NCBI GenBank assembly: GCA_964016885.1
Contig: OZ024741.1
Location: 329,716,001 to 329,780,000, forward strand
Direction: 5' to 3'
Length of the DNA: 64,000 bases
DNA from: Eledone cirrhosa
Taxonomy: Eukaryota
Shown here: one piece after another, positions 1-11,819 of the stretch
Position numbering within the stretch: position 1 is the first letter of the stretch
Layout: each line of letters begins with the position of its first letter
Made by a program: the position numbers and the translations under genes
The notes under the pieces: model-generated
What the model saw: only the letters and a program-made list of their open reading frames with translations
What the model was told of the DNA's origin: nothing
Database searches by the model: none

Positions 1-349
1 GCCTGTGTGCAAAGTATGATGCTGCATGGCAGTGAAACATGGGCAGTGACTGCAAAGGACATGTGTAGATTAGAGCAACCATGCTTCAATGAATATGCAA
101 TATAAATGTGAGATAAAGGCAGAGCTTGCATGGACTGAGTGACAAGGTACCAGGAGATCCCAGTGGAAAAAAGCCGCAGTAGTAGACAAAGGAACACCTG
201 GGCAGAGGTAGTGAGTGGTAATCTCAAATCGCTGAGACTCACTGAGGAGATGACAAAAGAACGTGGTGAATGGAGAGATGGTGTGCTGAAAAGAACCCTT
301 TCAACTCATGCAAGCGAGGAAAAACGGACGTATAAACAATGATGATGAT
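1..349 (+). mobile_element. RTE-clade LINE 3' fragment with (TGA)n tail
   Basis: Starts with ...ATGCTGCATGGCAGTGAAACATGG (MLHGSETW, as in the 3624 ORF). Ends in CAACTCATGCAAGCGAGGAAAAACGGACG...(TGA)n, like the other RTE copies. Confidence 0.8.
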
Positions 350-367
350 TATATATATATATATATA

Positions 368-706
368 ATCATCATCATCATCATTTTACGTCCGCTGTTC
401 CCTGCTTGCAAGGGTGGGACAGGAACTGATTCTGGCTTGATTTCTACAGCTGGATGCCCTTCCTAACACCAACCTCATTTACAGTGAGTGCTGGGTGTTT
501 TTTTTCCGTGGCGCCTACACGCCCACTTTGCAGTGGAATGATATGGACCCCAGTCCCTATCATCTCATTTCTACAGCTGAGTAAACTGGAGCAATATGAA
601 ATAAAGTGTTTTGTTCAAGGAAACAACACATCACCCAGTCTGAGAATTGAACTCCCAACCTTTCGATTGAAAGGCCAATGCTCTAACCACTAAGCCATGT
701 GCTTCC
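368..706 (-). mobile_element. tRNA-derived SINE with RTE-type 3' tail (family 1)
   Basis: Minus-strand head GGAAGCACATGGCTTAGTGGTTAGAGC...GAGTTCAATTC (Pol III A/B boxes) and (TGA)n tail. Near-identical copies at 21298, 44468 and 62554. Confidence 0.85.
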
Positions 707-2659
707 ATATATAGATATATATATATAATTAGTTCCGTATGAGCAACACACAGTCTCCCGACCAATCCAGCATCAAATGGAACAAAACCGTCTAACCCAT
801 GCTAGCGTGGAAGATGGATGTTAAACAATGATGATGTTGATGATGATATAAACAACAGAAAAACTTGACTTTAAAGGAATTGGATGTAGTGAGCAAGAGA
901 GAAGACTGTGTTGGTATGGCTACGTTTATATTTACCTAAAAACCTTCCACCTTGTTGATCCTATTATGACTATATTTCTGATGGAATACTCTCTATCAAT
1001 TATTTCATTGAACTAAGATTGTAACAAACTTAAACATTATATTTCACATATAAAATTATGCTGGGAGATTTTCATTTAAAGTGGGTGGTTTTGTTTCCTA
1101 GAAGCAGAGATGGTTTTAGCCTATGTTGGTACCAAAAGGTTTAATACCATTGCCTCACCATAGGAGGATTTAAGTGAAAGCACATGGCTTAGTGTTTAGA
1201 GAGTTGGATTTGCAATCATGAGGTTGTGAATTTGATTCCCAGACTGGGCGATGCGCTATGTCCTTGAACAAAACACTTTATTTCATGCTGCTCTTTCTGT
1301 CAGTAATTTAGAATGGTAGATAGTATCAGCAATGGAAAGACCAATGGAAACTGTTTCCTTGGTTCAATTTGACAAGTTCCACCCCACCCAGTAAGTGAAT
1401 GAGGTCTGGGATCTTGTTCATCATTCCATTATATTATAAGTAAAATCCACTCTGTTGCAGTCCCCTGAGCAATGTTTGGGATTACATTGCTCTTTCCCTC
1501 TTATCAGCCATGGATACCCTGACTAAAGTAAAAAAATAAATAAATAAAATCTAAAACTGAGATCGCTGAGACACGTTCACAACTTAAAACATTCATAGTG
1601 TGATTTATATTTCAAATGGTTCAGGATGGGTTTGTTTGGGGTTAACACTGATTGCAGAAATTTTCGGTTTGTTAGGTGAGATAGAGCTCTAGCATTTAAA
1701 AAAATATATATCTGTTAGTCATGGAATTGGGTCTGGTTGGTGTAGATTATTACACAATGGGAGTCATAGTTACTGCAGATAATAAGTATTGTTTATTATT
1801 ATACAGAAACTGCATAATATGACATCTGCAGCTTGAATCTAGTATAGACATTTAGTTTGTAATTGGCTTTGGTTTAATGAGTGTATTAGTTACGAGTTTG
1901 GCATTCGATGGTCTTATCCCCTTATTTTTGGCTTTGTTTTTGGAGTGTATTATTTACATATTGAGACATTCGGTGATTACTTTGCATTTGCTCAAGGAGG
2001 ACCTACGTTCAGATTTAGGTATTTGATGGTTCTATTCGTTTGTGTATATATGTCTATGATATCTAAATATACTGTATCTACACCTCTATTACGAATTATA
2101 CTATGTTAGTGCTATTGCTAATGAATTCTAGCTAGTCATGCTCTCACTATATGTAAATGAGTACCTCTAGAACATGATTTATTTACAAAATGTAAATAAA
2201 CTATAGCTTATTCATGTCTCATACCAAGTGAGTAAAAATTACCAATGATGGATAAAAATCCTGACACACTAGCGTCTGGTATTAGCAGACAGCTACTGAG
2301 ATAACTGTGACAAGATCAAGGCTTAAAATATTCATAGCGAGACATGTTTATTATGCATGTCATATATGCTTTCATATGCACATATATTATGAAGATGCCT
2401 GGAGCGTTGCTAAGAAGGCACATCTGATACATGACTGAGAGTGACTTATTTAACCTCCAGCTTCTGCAAGTTGTTGCAAAGGTAGAAGAAACCCTCATCA
2501 CAGATTTCTTATCTGTTGATGACGGTGCCACCAATGACAACACACACCATCAGATTCAGCAGGAAACTGTGACAAATTTGGATTCACAATCAGCAACAAC
2601 AAACCAAAGTTATGTACCTGCCGGAACCTTCACATTTCTAAGTATATATATATAGAACT

Positions 2660-2692
2660 AGAACTGTTTCATTCATATGAAATCATCAGAAC
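2660..2692 (-). ncRNA. Hammerhead ribozyme core, truncated inverted partner of 2694-2732
   Basis: Minus strand reads CUGAUGA-UUUCAUAUGAAU-GAAAC-AGUUCU. The 3' strand of stem I is missing. Confidence 0.5.
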
Positions 2693-2693
2693 G

Positions 2694-2732
2694 TTCCTGA
2701 TGATTTTATACAAAAGAAATAGTTCTGTAGAA
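2694..2732 (+). ncRNA. Type I hammerhead ribozyme (minimal)
   Basis: UUC CUGAUGA UUUU-AUAC-AAAA GAAA U-AGUUCU-GUA^GAA. Stems are weak and AU-rich but the core is complete. Confidence 0.6.
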
Positions 2733-3102
2733 GTCATTTCTATGTACATAATAAGGATGCCCATACTCTATGAATGTATTGAGTATCTTGGGAATCATAT
2801 ATATATATATATTAGTATAGTATAGGTGATTCAGCGATTTACTATTGGTGATACCAATATGAGCACTCGAGGCACAGGTAGGGTGTGTATGGTAAAGAAA
2901 AGTGATGAAGTTTTGTTTATATCTTTTTATTGATTATCAACCTATTACATACATTTCATAGATGATTAGCTCAAGGCCTCCTATGGATGCACTGGACATG
3001 ACGCAAGCATTGAACTGCTCATTAGACTTGGTAAAACAACAAAGCAAACTCAGTACAATAAAGAAATATATTAGATTAGCACTTGATATAGTAGGAAAAG
3101 AG

Positions 3103-3138
3103 TCCCTACGTTTCAGACACTAGTCCTTCATCAGAAGA
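3103..3138 (-). ncRNA. Minimal type I hammerhead ribozyme (Penelope-type, family A)
   Basis: UCUU CUGAUGA A GGAC-UAGU-GUCU GAAAC GUA^GGGA, with palindromic stem III (ACGU). Homologous flanks occur at 21640-21745 and 49929-50030. Confidence 0.85.
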
Positions 3139-3261
3139 TAGAATGAGAAATAAAAGATGAAATAGAAAGTGAGAAGAGGAAGAAACAAAGAAATTCCCCC
3201 CCCCCCCAAAAAAAAACCTGTATTCAGTATATACATACATATAAATATATATACAAACGCA

Positions 3262-3302
<41 letters not shown>

Positions 3303-3304
3303 TG

Positions 3305-3565
3305 GTGAGGTACTTAGCTAAAAGTAAGCCACTATATCTAACATTTGTAGACCTGGAAAAGGCCTTTTACAGGGTCCCACGCTCTGTAATCTGGTGGGCA
3401 CTTAGGAAGCTAGGTGTAGACAAATGGCTTGTGAGGACCATGCAGGTTTTGTATAAAGAAGTAACAAGTAAGGTGACAATTGGTAACTACAATGATGAAA
3501 TTGAAGTGCAGGTGAGTGTCTACCAGGCTCAGTCCTCAGTCCACTCGTTTATTATTGTCCTTCAG

Positions 3566-3570
<5 letters not shown>
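3305..3570 (+). mobile_element. RTE LINE RT fragment between (TA)n tracts
   Basis: Translates YLAKSKPLYLTFVDLEKAFYRVPR, paralogous to the 3624 ORF. Confidence 0.85.
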
Positions 3571-3610
<40 letters not shown>

Positions 3611-3615
<5 letters not shown>

Positions 3616-6098
3616 ACTATCAAGTGGCCAGGAGGGAAGCTAGGAGACAAGTGTACTTCGCAAGAAGGGAAGCAGAGGAAAGAAAGTTCAAGCATGTTCT
3701 ACAACGCGAGGACCAAAAACGTGAGGTGTTCAGGATTGCTAGGCAATGTGTCAAGGAAAACCGTGATATTGTTGGGGAGAAGTGTGTAAATGATGATGGC
3801 GTACTCGCCATCAGTGACGCTGATAAGAAGGTAGCTTGGAAGTGTCACTACGAGAGGCTACTAAATGAGGAGAATAAATGGGAGAAGGATAGTCTCCCCC
3901 AGATCGATCCAATAGAGGGACCAGCAGTGTTAGTTGTTGGTAGTATAATAAGTAAGGCAATCAAAGATATGAAGACGGGTAAGGCGGCTGGGCCTTCGGA
4001 AATAGTTGCTGAGATGCTGAAGGCCTCTGGAACGGTGGGACACACCATGGTCACCCGGATAGTAAACCAAGTCATACAGAATGGGGTTGTTCCGAAGGAC
4101 TGGCGTAGCAGCATCATCATTAACTGTTACAAGGGTAAAGGAGATGCCCTAGATAGGAGTAACTATAGAGGCATTAAATTAATCGACCAGGTCATGAAGG
4201 TCACGGAAAAAGTAATAGTGCAACTAATCAGAGAGAGAATCGATCTAGATGAAATGCAGTTCGGGTTTGTGTCAGGCAAAAGTACCACAGACGCTCTTTT
4301 CATTGTACGACAACTACAGGAGAAGTACCTAGCTAAAAGTAAACCCCTATACTTAGCTTTTGTCGACTTGGAGAAAGCCTTCGACAGAGTCCCCCGTTCC
4401 ATTATATGGTGGGCTCTTAGAAAACTAGGTGTTGATGAATGGCTTGTGAGAGCTATACAAGCCATGTATAAAGAAACAGTCAGCAAGGTTAGAATTAACA
4501 ACGAATATAGTGAAGAGTTTAGCGTAAAAGTTGGTGTTCATCAGGGCTCTGTTCTTAGCCCCCTACTATTTATTATTGCCCTACAGGCTATAACAGTGGA
4601 GTTCAAGACCGGCTGCCCATGGGAACTCCTATACGCAGATGATCTAACGCTCATAGCTGAATCAATGGCCGAGCTAGAGAAGAAATTCCAAACATGGAAG
4701 CACAGCCTAGAATCAAAAGGCCTTAAAATTAACCTGGCTAAGACTAAAGTTCTAGTTTGTAGGAAAGAAAATAAGGCGCCGGTCCCTTCCGGGAAATGGC
4801 CATGCTCAGTGTGTAGGAAAGGCGTAGGTAGAAACTCCATTTTATGTCCCAAATGCAAAGTATGGGTGCATAAAAGATGTAGTGGGATCACAGGTAAGCT
4901 AACTAAGAACATAGATTTTACATGTGGCCGGTGCTCTGGTGCAATAAGTAGCAGCAAGTGCCCACAAAATACTAGCTCTTTCAATTGCGCAGAGGGTTCT
5001 ATAGAAATAGTGGACAGCTTCCGTTACCTGGGTGACAAAATCAGCAGTGGGGGAGGGTGCTCTGAAAGTACAGTAGCTAGAGTCAGAACTGGATGGAAAA
5101 AGTTCAGAGAGTTTATACCACTATTAGCCGCTAAAGGGTTCTCCCTAAAAATGAAAGGCAGGCTGTATGATGCCTGCATACGAACAGCAATGTTGCATGG
5201 CAGTGAGACCTGGGCATTGTGTGCAGAGGATATACGCAGACTAGAGAGGAACGAAGTTTGCATGCTCCACTGGATGTGTAATAGTAATATACGCGAACGG
5301 CAAAGCATAAACGAACTAAGGGAAAAATTAGAAATAAGAGGGATCAGATGTTGTTTACTCGAGAGAAGACTACGTTGGTATGGTCACGTGATGCGCATGA
5401 AAGACGACAGCTGCATAAAAAAGTGCAGGGCAATAAAGATAGACGGTAGCCACGGAGTAGGCAGACCCAGAAAAACCTGGGACGACCTGATAAATTCCGA
5501 CCTCACACACTTACACCTCTCCAAGACAATGTCACTGGACCGAGATCTTTGGCGGTACTCAGTAATAGAGAAGACCCGCCTTACCTAAATACAAAGTAAA
5601 AACCTACTACAGTCAGTAGGCATCTCTATCAAAACACACCCCCGTCCCACCACCTCCACCCCATCCACACCGCCCCTTTCAATGTAAAGTTATGTTGGTG
5701 CCACAACATCCAGGCCGAAACAAATGAGATCGTGTAGGTGTCACGACAAAAAACACACAGTCCACGCTGTAATGTGGCCGTGTAGGCAACACGGTAAAAA
5801 CCTCCCAGTCCCACACTGTAAATGTGGTTGGTGTTAGGAAGGGCATCCAGCTGTAGAAAACCCGCCAGACAGTCCACGCTGTAATGAGGCCGTGTAGGCA
5901 ACACGGTAAAAACCTCCCAGCCCCACACTGTAAATGTGGTTGGTATTAGGAAGGGCATCCAGCTGTAGAAAACCCGCCAGACAGTCCTATGCGAGCAAGA
6001 CAACCACTCTTGCCTCAAGTGGGAAAACTCCCGTCCAAACCAATGCAAGCGTGGAACATGGACGTTAAACGATGACGATGATGATGATGATGATGATG
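3611..6098 (+). mobile_element. 5'-truncated RTE-clade LINE with open RT ORF, 3' UTR and (GAT)n tail
   Basis: RT ORF at 3624-5588. The 3' UTR has a tandem duplication of about 112 bp (5757-5985) and ends GGACGTTAAAC(GAT)n. Highly similar to 52845-55163. Confidence 0.95.
3624..5588 (+). CDS. RTE reverse transcriptase, N-terminally truncated (no endonuclease), with internal PHD-like Cys/His module
   Basis: RT motifs NYRGIKL, QFGF, FVDLEKAFDRV, GVHQGSVLSP, LLYADD, FRYLG, RLRWYGHVMR and GRPRKTW. Module CSVC...CPKC..VHKRC...CGRC. Confidence 0.9.
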   Translation: MARREARRQVYFARREAEERKFKHVLQREDQKREVFRIARQCVKENRDIVGEKCVNDDGVLAISDADKKVAWKCHYERLLNEENKWEKDSLPQIDPIEGPAVLVVGSIISKAIKDMKTGKAAGPSEIVAEMLKASGTVGHTMVTRIVNQVIQNGVVPKDWRSSIIINCYKGKGDALDRSNYRGIKLIDQVMKVTEKVIVQLIRERIDLDEMQFGFVSGKSTTDALFIVRQLQEKYLAKSKPLYLAFVDLEKAFDRVPRSIIWWALRKLGVDEWLVRAIQAMYKETVSKVRINNEYSEEFSVKVGVHQGSVLSPLLFIIALQAITVEFKTGCPWELLYADDLTLIAESMAELEKKFQTWKHSLESKGLKINLAKTKVLVCRKENKAPVPSGKWPCSVCRKGVGRNSILCPKCKVWVHKRCSGITGKLTKNIDFTCGRCSGAISSSKCPQNTSSFNCAEGSIEIVDSFRYLGDKISSGGGCSESTVARVRTGWKKFREFIPLLAAKGFSLKMKGRLYDACIRTAMLHGSETWALCAEDIRRLERNEVCMLHWMCNSNIRERQSINELREKLEIRGIRCCLLERRLRWYGHVMRMKDDSCIKKCRAIKIDGSHGVGRPRKTWDDLINSDLTHLHLSKTMSLDRDLWRYSVIEKTRLT

Positions 6099-6809
6099 AG
6101 ATATACACATATACCCTTATATCTGCATCAACTCTTTTTACGAAGCGCCCTTTGTGAATCTTTAATCCAGCTTTGCTGAAGCAGGCTCTCCCACACTCAT
6201 TGCATGTTAACTCTGCTTAGTCTCCCATGTTACCAGGCAATTCCACTTTCAAACCCTTCCTCACATCCCCTTTTCAGCTTTCATAATTTCTTCAGGCCAT
6301 TTTAAAGTGTATTTTCCTTTCATATCGAGCTTTCATACAGAGTTTGATCATTGGGAACTTGTTCCCTGTCTCTATCGGAGATGTCAGCTTTCATCAAAGA
6401 TATTTTCACACAGTCTGTGAACCTCATATGTCTGGTCGCTCCTGAGTGCTACTGGTAACATGAAACCAAGTATAACCTGTCCCATAGTTGGGTCAGCAGT
6501 GACTTAACCGGAAACCCTACCAAGCTTGATTGGTGATGAGAATGATTTTGGAAACCGTGCAGCACAAAGAACAAGATCTAACAAAGGGCAAAGGAGAAAT
6601 TCAACGGCCGTCCAGTAGTGTATACATGTATACACTTTGCGTGTGCATGTATATATGCATATAACTGTATATATGTTTAAAAAGCCCACATATACATATA
6701 GATATGTATATACAGTGAAAAACATTAGGACCAGATTAAACACAACAGTTACAAGAAAAACAACCGAAGGCAATAGCCATACATATAACACAACGGTAAT
6801 TATATGTAT

Positions 6810-7115
6810 ACAATGTATTGCCGGCATTCGCGGAATTTTCCTTAGAACCTAACTAATAATTGTTTGTGGAAACCACCGCATATTCGCGGAATCATAAATA
6901 TCTTCCGTAACTTTTTATGGCTTTTTTTGTGACAATATAAATATTTTTAACACTAAATTATTAATAGTAATATACCGTATTTGCTGGCCTACTGGACACT
7001 CCTTCACATAAGACGCTCCCTCCTTTTTATTATATTTTATATTGTTTTGCTGTTTATAGGCATTTTTATGAGCCACGTCCAATATTCGCGGGTGCTCCGC
7101 GACTATTAGAGGTAG
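6810..7115 (-). mobile_element. Tigger/pogo-like MITE (degenerate)
   Basis: Reverse-complement homolog of 29691-30019 (AATAATTGTTTGTGGAAACCAC, TTTTATGGCTTTTTT). Confidence 0.6.
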
Positions 7116-7130
7116 TTTATAAAAATGCCT

Positions 7131-7222
7131 ATTGTGAGACAAGACGTGGTCATCTGGAAAATGGACATTAAGCGAAATCATTTAATGTCCATTTTCCAGA
7201 TGAACACGTCTTGTCTCACAAT
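7131..7222. repeat. Inverted repeat of an RTE-tail SINE fragment
   Basis: ATTGTGAGACAAGACGTG..TCTGGAAAATGGACATTAA pairs with TTAATGTCCATTTTCCAGA..CACGTCTTGTCTCACAAT. Confidence 0.75.
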
Positions 7223-7636
7223 GAGACAACTCGTCTGACCCATGCTAGTGTGGAAAAATTAACGTTAAACAGTGATTACGATGATTATATATATATAAGC
7301 AGGGAAAAGTGGACGTAAAATGGTGATGATGATATACACACACACATGTATATGTACATACATTATTAATGTCCATTTTCCCATGAAAATATGGGTTAGT
7401 CGAGTTGTCCCGTTGTGAGATAAGCCAGGTCAGATGATCAGTCTTGCTCATACAGAATTCGTCTTGGCTTGTTTTCTACGGCTAGATGCCCTTCCTAACA
7501 CCAACCACATTTACAATGCATACTGAGTGCTTTTTGTTGCAACAATGACACATATATAAGCATATATATTCTATTATTCTATTACGTGCCCCAGCCCGCA
7601 GGCTGAAGCCGTGCTGGGGCACCACCATAGACATGC

Positions 7637-7671
<35 letters not shown>

Positions 7672-7693
7672 TACATTGTATTCTACCTGGAGT

Positions 7694-7819
7694 GTTTCTG
7701 AAGACGGCCGATTGAACAAAAATTTCGAGACTAGAAATAGGTAGGAGCTTAACCACTACGACCCGAATCGATACATCGATCTTCCACGATCAACTGACCT
7801 TCTGAAACGATCGTAAAAT
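7694..7819 (+). ncRNA. Type I hammerhead ribozyme with about 100-nt stem II insertion
   Basis: GUUU CUGAAGA C...GAAAC-GAUC-GUA^AAAU, with palindromic stem III (ACGAUCGU). Both ends match 63274 and 63397. Confidence 0.7.
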
Positions 7820-7891
7820 AATGAACTAATTAACTAACTACGTCTGACTTCGTTCTTTTTTTTTTCATTGTTCTATGCACACATACACACA

Positions 7892-7895
<4 letters not shown>

Positions 7896-7929
<34 letters not shown>

Positions 7930-8157
7930 TAGATAGAGAGAGAGAGAGAGACTTGTATATCTAAAAATACACATTAGTATGTATGTATATATATAAAATA
8001 TATAACATACATACAAATATATATGCATATAATACATAAAGTATAAAAATCTATAATTATATATATATGTATATCCATATTATGAATTTCTACACACATA
8101 CATATACACACATATATATATATATATATATATACATATATATATTTATATATACAT

Positions 8158-8192
<35 letters not shown>

Positions 8193-8338
8193 CACAACTA
8201 TATATCACTATAAGAGTTAGTGCTTGATGGCTGAGCTCGCGCCGTATCGACGTATATTTATACAAATAAATACACACACACAAATATATATACATGTATA
8301 ACTACAATTATGGATATAAAAAACATTATATATATATA

Positions 8339-8376
<38 letters not shown>

Positions 8377-8811
8377 ATATATACATATGTATATATATGT
8401 ATGTATATATACATATGTATATATATGTATGTATATATACATATATATATATATGTATGTATATATACATATATATATGTATGTTTATATATATATATAT
8501 ATATGTATGTTTATATATATATATATATGTATGTATATATATATATATATGTATGTATGTATATATGTATGTATGTATATATATATGTATGTATATATAT
8601 ATATGTGTATGTATATATATATGTGTATGTATATATATATATATATGTGTATGTATATATATATATATATATATGTGTATGTATATATATATATATATAT
8701 ATGTGTATGTATATGTATATATATATGTGTATGTATATATATATATATATGTGTATGTATATATATATATATATATGTATGTATATATATATATATGTAT
8801 ATATACATATA

Positions 8812-8844
<33 letters not shown>

Positions 8845-8875
8845 GTGTATGTATATATATATATATATATGTATG

Positions 8876-8913
<38 letters not shown>

Positions 8914-9020
8914 TATGTGTATATATATATATATATATATACATACATACACATGTATCTATACATATACGTAGATATATAGAGATATATATATACACAC
9001 ACGCACATATATATATACAT
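7896..9020. repeat. Large compound (TA)n/(TATG)n/(CA)n microsatellite
   Basis: Seen directly in the sequence. It explains the Y/I-rich ORFs. Confidence 0.95.
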
Positions 9021-9768
9021 GCATGTTATGGTACATATTTATTTTAATTTAACTGATCTTTTTACATACAATCTTGTATGTAAAAGGATCAGTTCAATTT
9101 ATCTTAACCATTGTATATACATACGAATATCCACATGTATAAATATGTGTGTATATATATATGCGAACATAAATATATATATATATACATATACATACAG
9201 TATTGCAAAGCGTACGATGTGCAAGTTTCCGTTATGTTTTAGAAGAGAGAGAACAATTATCAGGCTGATAGCAATAAGAACATAATAGCTAATAGCTAAG
9301 TTGTGTAGAATCAATGTAGAGTATATAGTTGGGTGAAATGAAGTGGTACTGTCTGTGGATAAGGAAAGGGACGGCGAGAAATTAGGGATCAAAAAAATAA
9401 TTAGGAATATGGAAAGCGAAAGAGATAAAGTAGTTGTTTGTAAGTGAGACAGAAAAAGGAAAAAGGCAAGAGTTTTTGAGATGAGAAAATAGAGACAGAG
9501 AATGGTGGTGGTGATGGTAATGATGATGATGATGGCGATGGCGGTGAGGAGCTGCAGTGTGACAGTCCCGTCCCGAGTAGAAGAAAGCCATAGGGGCTTG
9601 GTTTACTTATAAAAAAAAGTGTGGGTCGGCTTATAAGCATCTCGAGGCAGACCCCGGGATGTTACAAATAAATATATTTACAAAGGGATGGGGAGAAAGG
9701 AAGAAACAATCATTATAAATACAGGAGAACGTGCAGAGTGTAAGGATATGAATGTCAAAGGACACACG

Positions 9769-9802
<34 letters not shown>

Positions 9803-9811
9803 TATATATAT

Positions 9812-9856
<45 letters not shown>

Positions 9857-9884
9857 TATATATATATGTGTGTATATATATATG

Positions 9885-9933
<49 letters not shown>

Positions 9934-9962
9934 CATATATATATGTATATATATATACATAC
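9769..9962. repeat. (TA)n microsatellite
   Basis: Seen directly in the sequence. Confidence 0.95.
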
Positions 9963-10099
9963 GTTCGCACATATATAAATAGAGGCACATGTCCCTATCG
10001 TTGTCCCTTTCCTCGTCATATCATCATCATCACCATATCCCAAACCCCGTCGCTTTCTTCACTTCTTACAGAGAAGAAATTAACCAAGAAATCAGAACA

Positions 10100-11150
10100 C
10101 CCACTTACACATATTTAGTCGGGGTCCGAACTGCTGGTGGCTCAGAATAAGTCTTCGGTGGGTCTGGCCTGTAACAAAGGAGAGAATTGGCGTCCACATG
10201 CCAGGATGGCCCCGTCTCTGCTTGGGACAGTCGTTCTGTATTACAAACTCTGTATCTGTTTCTCTCTCTCACTCAGTTTCTCCCTTTCTTTCTCTCTTAC
10301 TACCACATTCTCACGCACACATGATTATGTATATCCATACTAACAGTCACGTACACACACACTTAACGTAAACAAAACAAGGGGAGATAAATACTTTCGT
10401 TTTGCCGCCTTGTTCGACAAAGCGGCAATAAGATTTGCATGTAGACGTATTTTCACTGTTTCTGAAGTCAGAAACATTCTCGTTTGCACGGAATCTATTT
10501 AGTTAAAAGCATTTCTCTTATTTTCTGTGGTTAGCACGTAAGACTTAGGTATTTTTATTTAAAACGAAATCTACCCGGAACAAGTTTATATTGTCGAATA
10601 TACACCGGTTGCGCCGTCCATTCTATTGTTCATAAAACGTTTACTGAACATTTCGAGTTCAAATCTTGTAAAACTTGCAATTATGGCGTAAAACGATATA
10701 TACATATTTGCTTTAATTTATTTTAAACCTACCTACGTACCGTACCGTCCTGAGCCTGTTGACCGCTGTTTATTGTTTGAAGGTCTTCAAATTGATCTTT
10801 TTATTTCGTCAATAAAAAATTAGTATTGAGAAAGAGAAATTCTGAAGGGGAAACAATGCTGTTTTGGCAGGCGCCATTCTCTCTCTTTCTTTCTTTCTTT
10901 CTCTCTCTCTCTCCTCTCTCTGGTAATATTACTAAGCTGAGAAGAATGTCATTTCAAATTGGCGGACATATTCGTTTAATATAGAGCGAGGTATTGCTGC
11001 TCCCCCTCTCTCTCTATCTATCTACTTCTCTTTTTCTCCTGCACGCTGTTTCTCCCTTATAGCAAACAAACAAAGAAAAAGCGAAAAGAAACTGGCAGGG
11101 AACGAAAAAAAAAAGAAAATCCTTCAAAACTTCATCTAAACAGAGAGCAC
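10100..11150. promoter_or_regulatory. Possible CpG-retaining promoter or first-exon region
   Basis: Non-repetitive with visibly more CpG than the flanks. YY1-like motifs: GCGCCATT at 10871 (AATGGCGC on minus), TATGGCG at about 10682 and ATTGGCGG at about 10958. TC tracts present. Confidence 0.3.
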
Positions 11151-11819
11151 TTCGATAAATAAATAAATGACTAGGAGGAAAGAAAAGAAAGACAGATATG
11201 AACGATTATAATAAAATTATAATTAGAATGAAAGACTGTCTATGTATGTGTGTGTATATGGGATACAGTCATAGAATATTTAAACATTTGGTTTACGGTA
11301 TTAAAATGAAATTAAATATTAAAAAAATAAAGAAACAAAATTTATATTTCATTCCATCATTTTTATAAAGTTTCGTTTTTAATTTGATTTAATTTAATTT
11401 TTTTTTTTTTTTTTTTTTTTCTTCTTCATTTCTGAAATGGAAATCAAATTAATGTTGATGTAATGAGTAATATATATGCATTTCTATATAAATATACATG
11501 TATATATATATATATATACATACATATATATATTGTATATATTATATATTATATATATGTGTGTCTATACATACATATATAAATCTTTGTGTGCGTATAT
11601 TTATATATATATATACGTGTGTATGTATGTATATATGTAGCCTCATATGCGAGGGGAAAAGCCAGCAAAAAAGTGGGGTAAGGGTGAGAATGTAAATTTT
11701 ATTTTCTAATCAATAAATTTTTGTTCTATTCCTGAGTCCATTGAATTGAATAAATATCTCCTCTCCTTCCTCTCCTCCCCAAGAAACTAATCTATTTGCT
11801 TTTTTCATTTATTTTATTC

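Noticed and set aside
2431-2655. 74-aa ORF as a possible exon
   Set aside because: No recognisable domain or convincing splice sites.
7974-9047. Long Y/I/C/M-rich ORFs (also at 9631-10118 and 63425-63967)
   Set aside because: They are translations of (TA)n/(TG)n microsatellites in all frames.
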